Below, in pieces: positions 62,832-64,000 of a stretch of DNA of 64,000 bases (the first letter of the stretch is position 1; each line of letters starts with the position of its first letter). Source of the stretch: Bilabrum cf. latius. Taxonomy: Eukaryota. Where the stretch lies: contig OZ237769.1 in the NCBI GenBank assembly GCA_965178125.1, positions 1 to 64,000 of the forward strand, written 5' to 3'. Below the pieces are notes generated by a model, which was not told where the DNA came from, did no database searches, and saw only the letters and a list, made by a program, of their open reading frames with translations. The position numbers and the translations under genes were made by a program.

Positions 62832-64000
62832 TCAGTCCATGGCATCGATCTCCGCCTGCTGCACCACAGTGCCCTGCACCTGGGCCGGTGCAGCCGCGCT
62901 CTGTGGCTCGGGTACCTGTGCGCTAGAGGCTGCCGCGCTGGCGTGCATCAGCTCTACCAGCGATGGGCCTGTGCTGCCGTGCGATGCACCCTCATCCTCC
63001 TTGCTCTCCAGGTGGGCTCTATCTGGGCCTCCCTCGACCTCCTCGCCCTCCCCCATTTCCCCACGCACGGCCGCGCTAGCCCCCTCTGCTTCCCCACGCC
63101 CCGTGTGCCCAGCCGGAGCAGCTACGCCTTTCGCCCCAGCACCGCTCCCGGCGATCTACTCGCCGTTGAAGGGGTTCACGCGCCGCCCCTCGGCATCCAC
63201 AGCCCTGCCTGACAGTGCCCTGTAGGCCGCAGCTTCGGCATGCGCGTCACGGGAGACACCCGCAGCACCGCCTGCAGCAGCGGTAGAATGCTCCGAATCC
63301 CCCGCCCCGCTGCTGGCACCCGAGCCAGGTGCCGCATCTCCCGCTCTCTTACTTCCCTGCTCCCGCACCCTCCTGCCAGCCTCCTCCGCGGCCTGCAGCG
63401 CCTGCGCCACAGTCACTTTGCCCACCGGTTCCTTGCTCCCGTCATCAAAGGCCACCCCCTCCTCCCTCGCCCGCTCCCTTGCCCGGTCAGCGTCCCCCTC
63501 CAACGAGGCCAGGAAAGCCTCCTGCCTCGCCCGCTCCTCCTCCGCGTCCCTGCCCCTTGCCATCATCTGGGAGAAGGCCTGGAAGCGGCGCTCCTCGGCG
63601 GCCCGCTTCTCCTCTCCCTACCTCAGCCGCTCCAGCCGCTCCGCCTCCAGCGCGGCCTTCGCCCCCCCTTGTTCCATGCCCCTGGCCCAGGCCTCGCACC
63701 GGAGCCGCTCATCATCGAACACCGGCCTGTCGTCCAGAAACTTGAGCCCGGGAAGGCGCGCGATGACCGTTTTGCGATAATTTTTGATGCGCCTGACCAC
63801 TGGGTTGCCCTGCAGGTAGAGCACCCTGAGGGCTGGCAGCTTCTCTAGCACCTCGGGGAGGACGGCGGGGTCGTCGATGTCGTTGTCTTGGATGTCCAGC
63901 ACCGAGATGGTCCTGCACTCAACGACACCAGCCAGGTCCTCAGCCGACTACAGCCCGTTTCTCGCCAGGTTCAGCGTCTCAAGCGATGAGAGACCCTCGA
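62832..64000 (-). CDS. DNAAF1: Dynein axonemal assembly factor 1 (ODA7/LRRC50)-like LRR protein, 3' part
   Basis: LRVLYLQGNPVVRRIKNYRKTVIARLPGLKFLDDRPVFDDERLRCEAWARG matches the DNAAF1/ODA7 LRR-cap; 3 TAGs (63948, 63618, 63156); ends at TGA; 5' part lies outside the window. Confidence 0.85.

Noticed and set aside
21454-64000. Mass pseudogenisation as the cause of the internal stops
   Set aside because: Interruptions in the core genes are exclusively TAG, with no frameshifts, intact catalytic motifs and alignment to Gln in internal repeats.

Overview
The window is mostly the left end of a GC-rich eukaryotic chromosome. TTAGGG telomeres, GT-AG introns, a dynein-assembly LRR gene and an Ngaro retrotransposon point to a flagellated protist; a Cafeteria-like stramenopile is an inference only. 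Bases 1-1666 are Bacteroidota-type bacterial DNA joined to the outermost telomere tract, probably a chimeric join. Two things stand out. (1) The nuclear genes use a variant genetic code. About 60 in-frame TAG codons interrupt otherwise intact genes (DNA polymerase kappa, DNAAF1/ODA7, an FG-GAP/EGF receptor and others). Internal repeat alignment shows TAG = Gln. TAA never occurs inside these ORFs and appears to remain a stop. This is why the supplied ORF track is fragmented. (2) The telomere is layered: four (CCCTAA)n tracts are separated by co-oriented inserted units. Two are differently 5'-truncated copies of an element with an acidic ORF tail, a 16 x 155-bp array and an identical 3' end. The third is a 9.25-kb unit hiding an uninterrupted orphan ORF of about 2,080 codons when TAG is read as Gln. 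This resembles a telomere-targeted retroelement system. Further inward lie a 77-bp subtelomeric satellite, a decayed Ngaro element with split direct repeats, a FOXRED2-like pseudogene, an 11.6-kb tandem array of three 3-4-kb units, and a block of core genes. All translations and counts were done by hand from the sequence.
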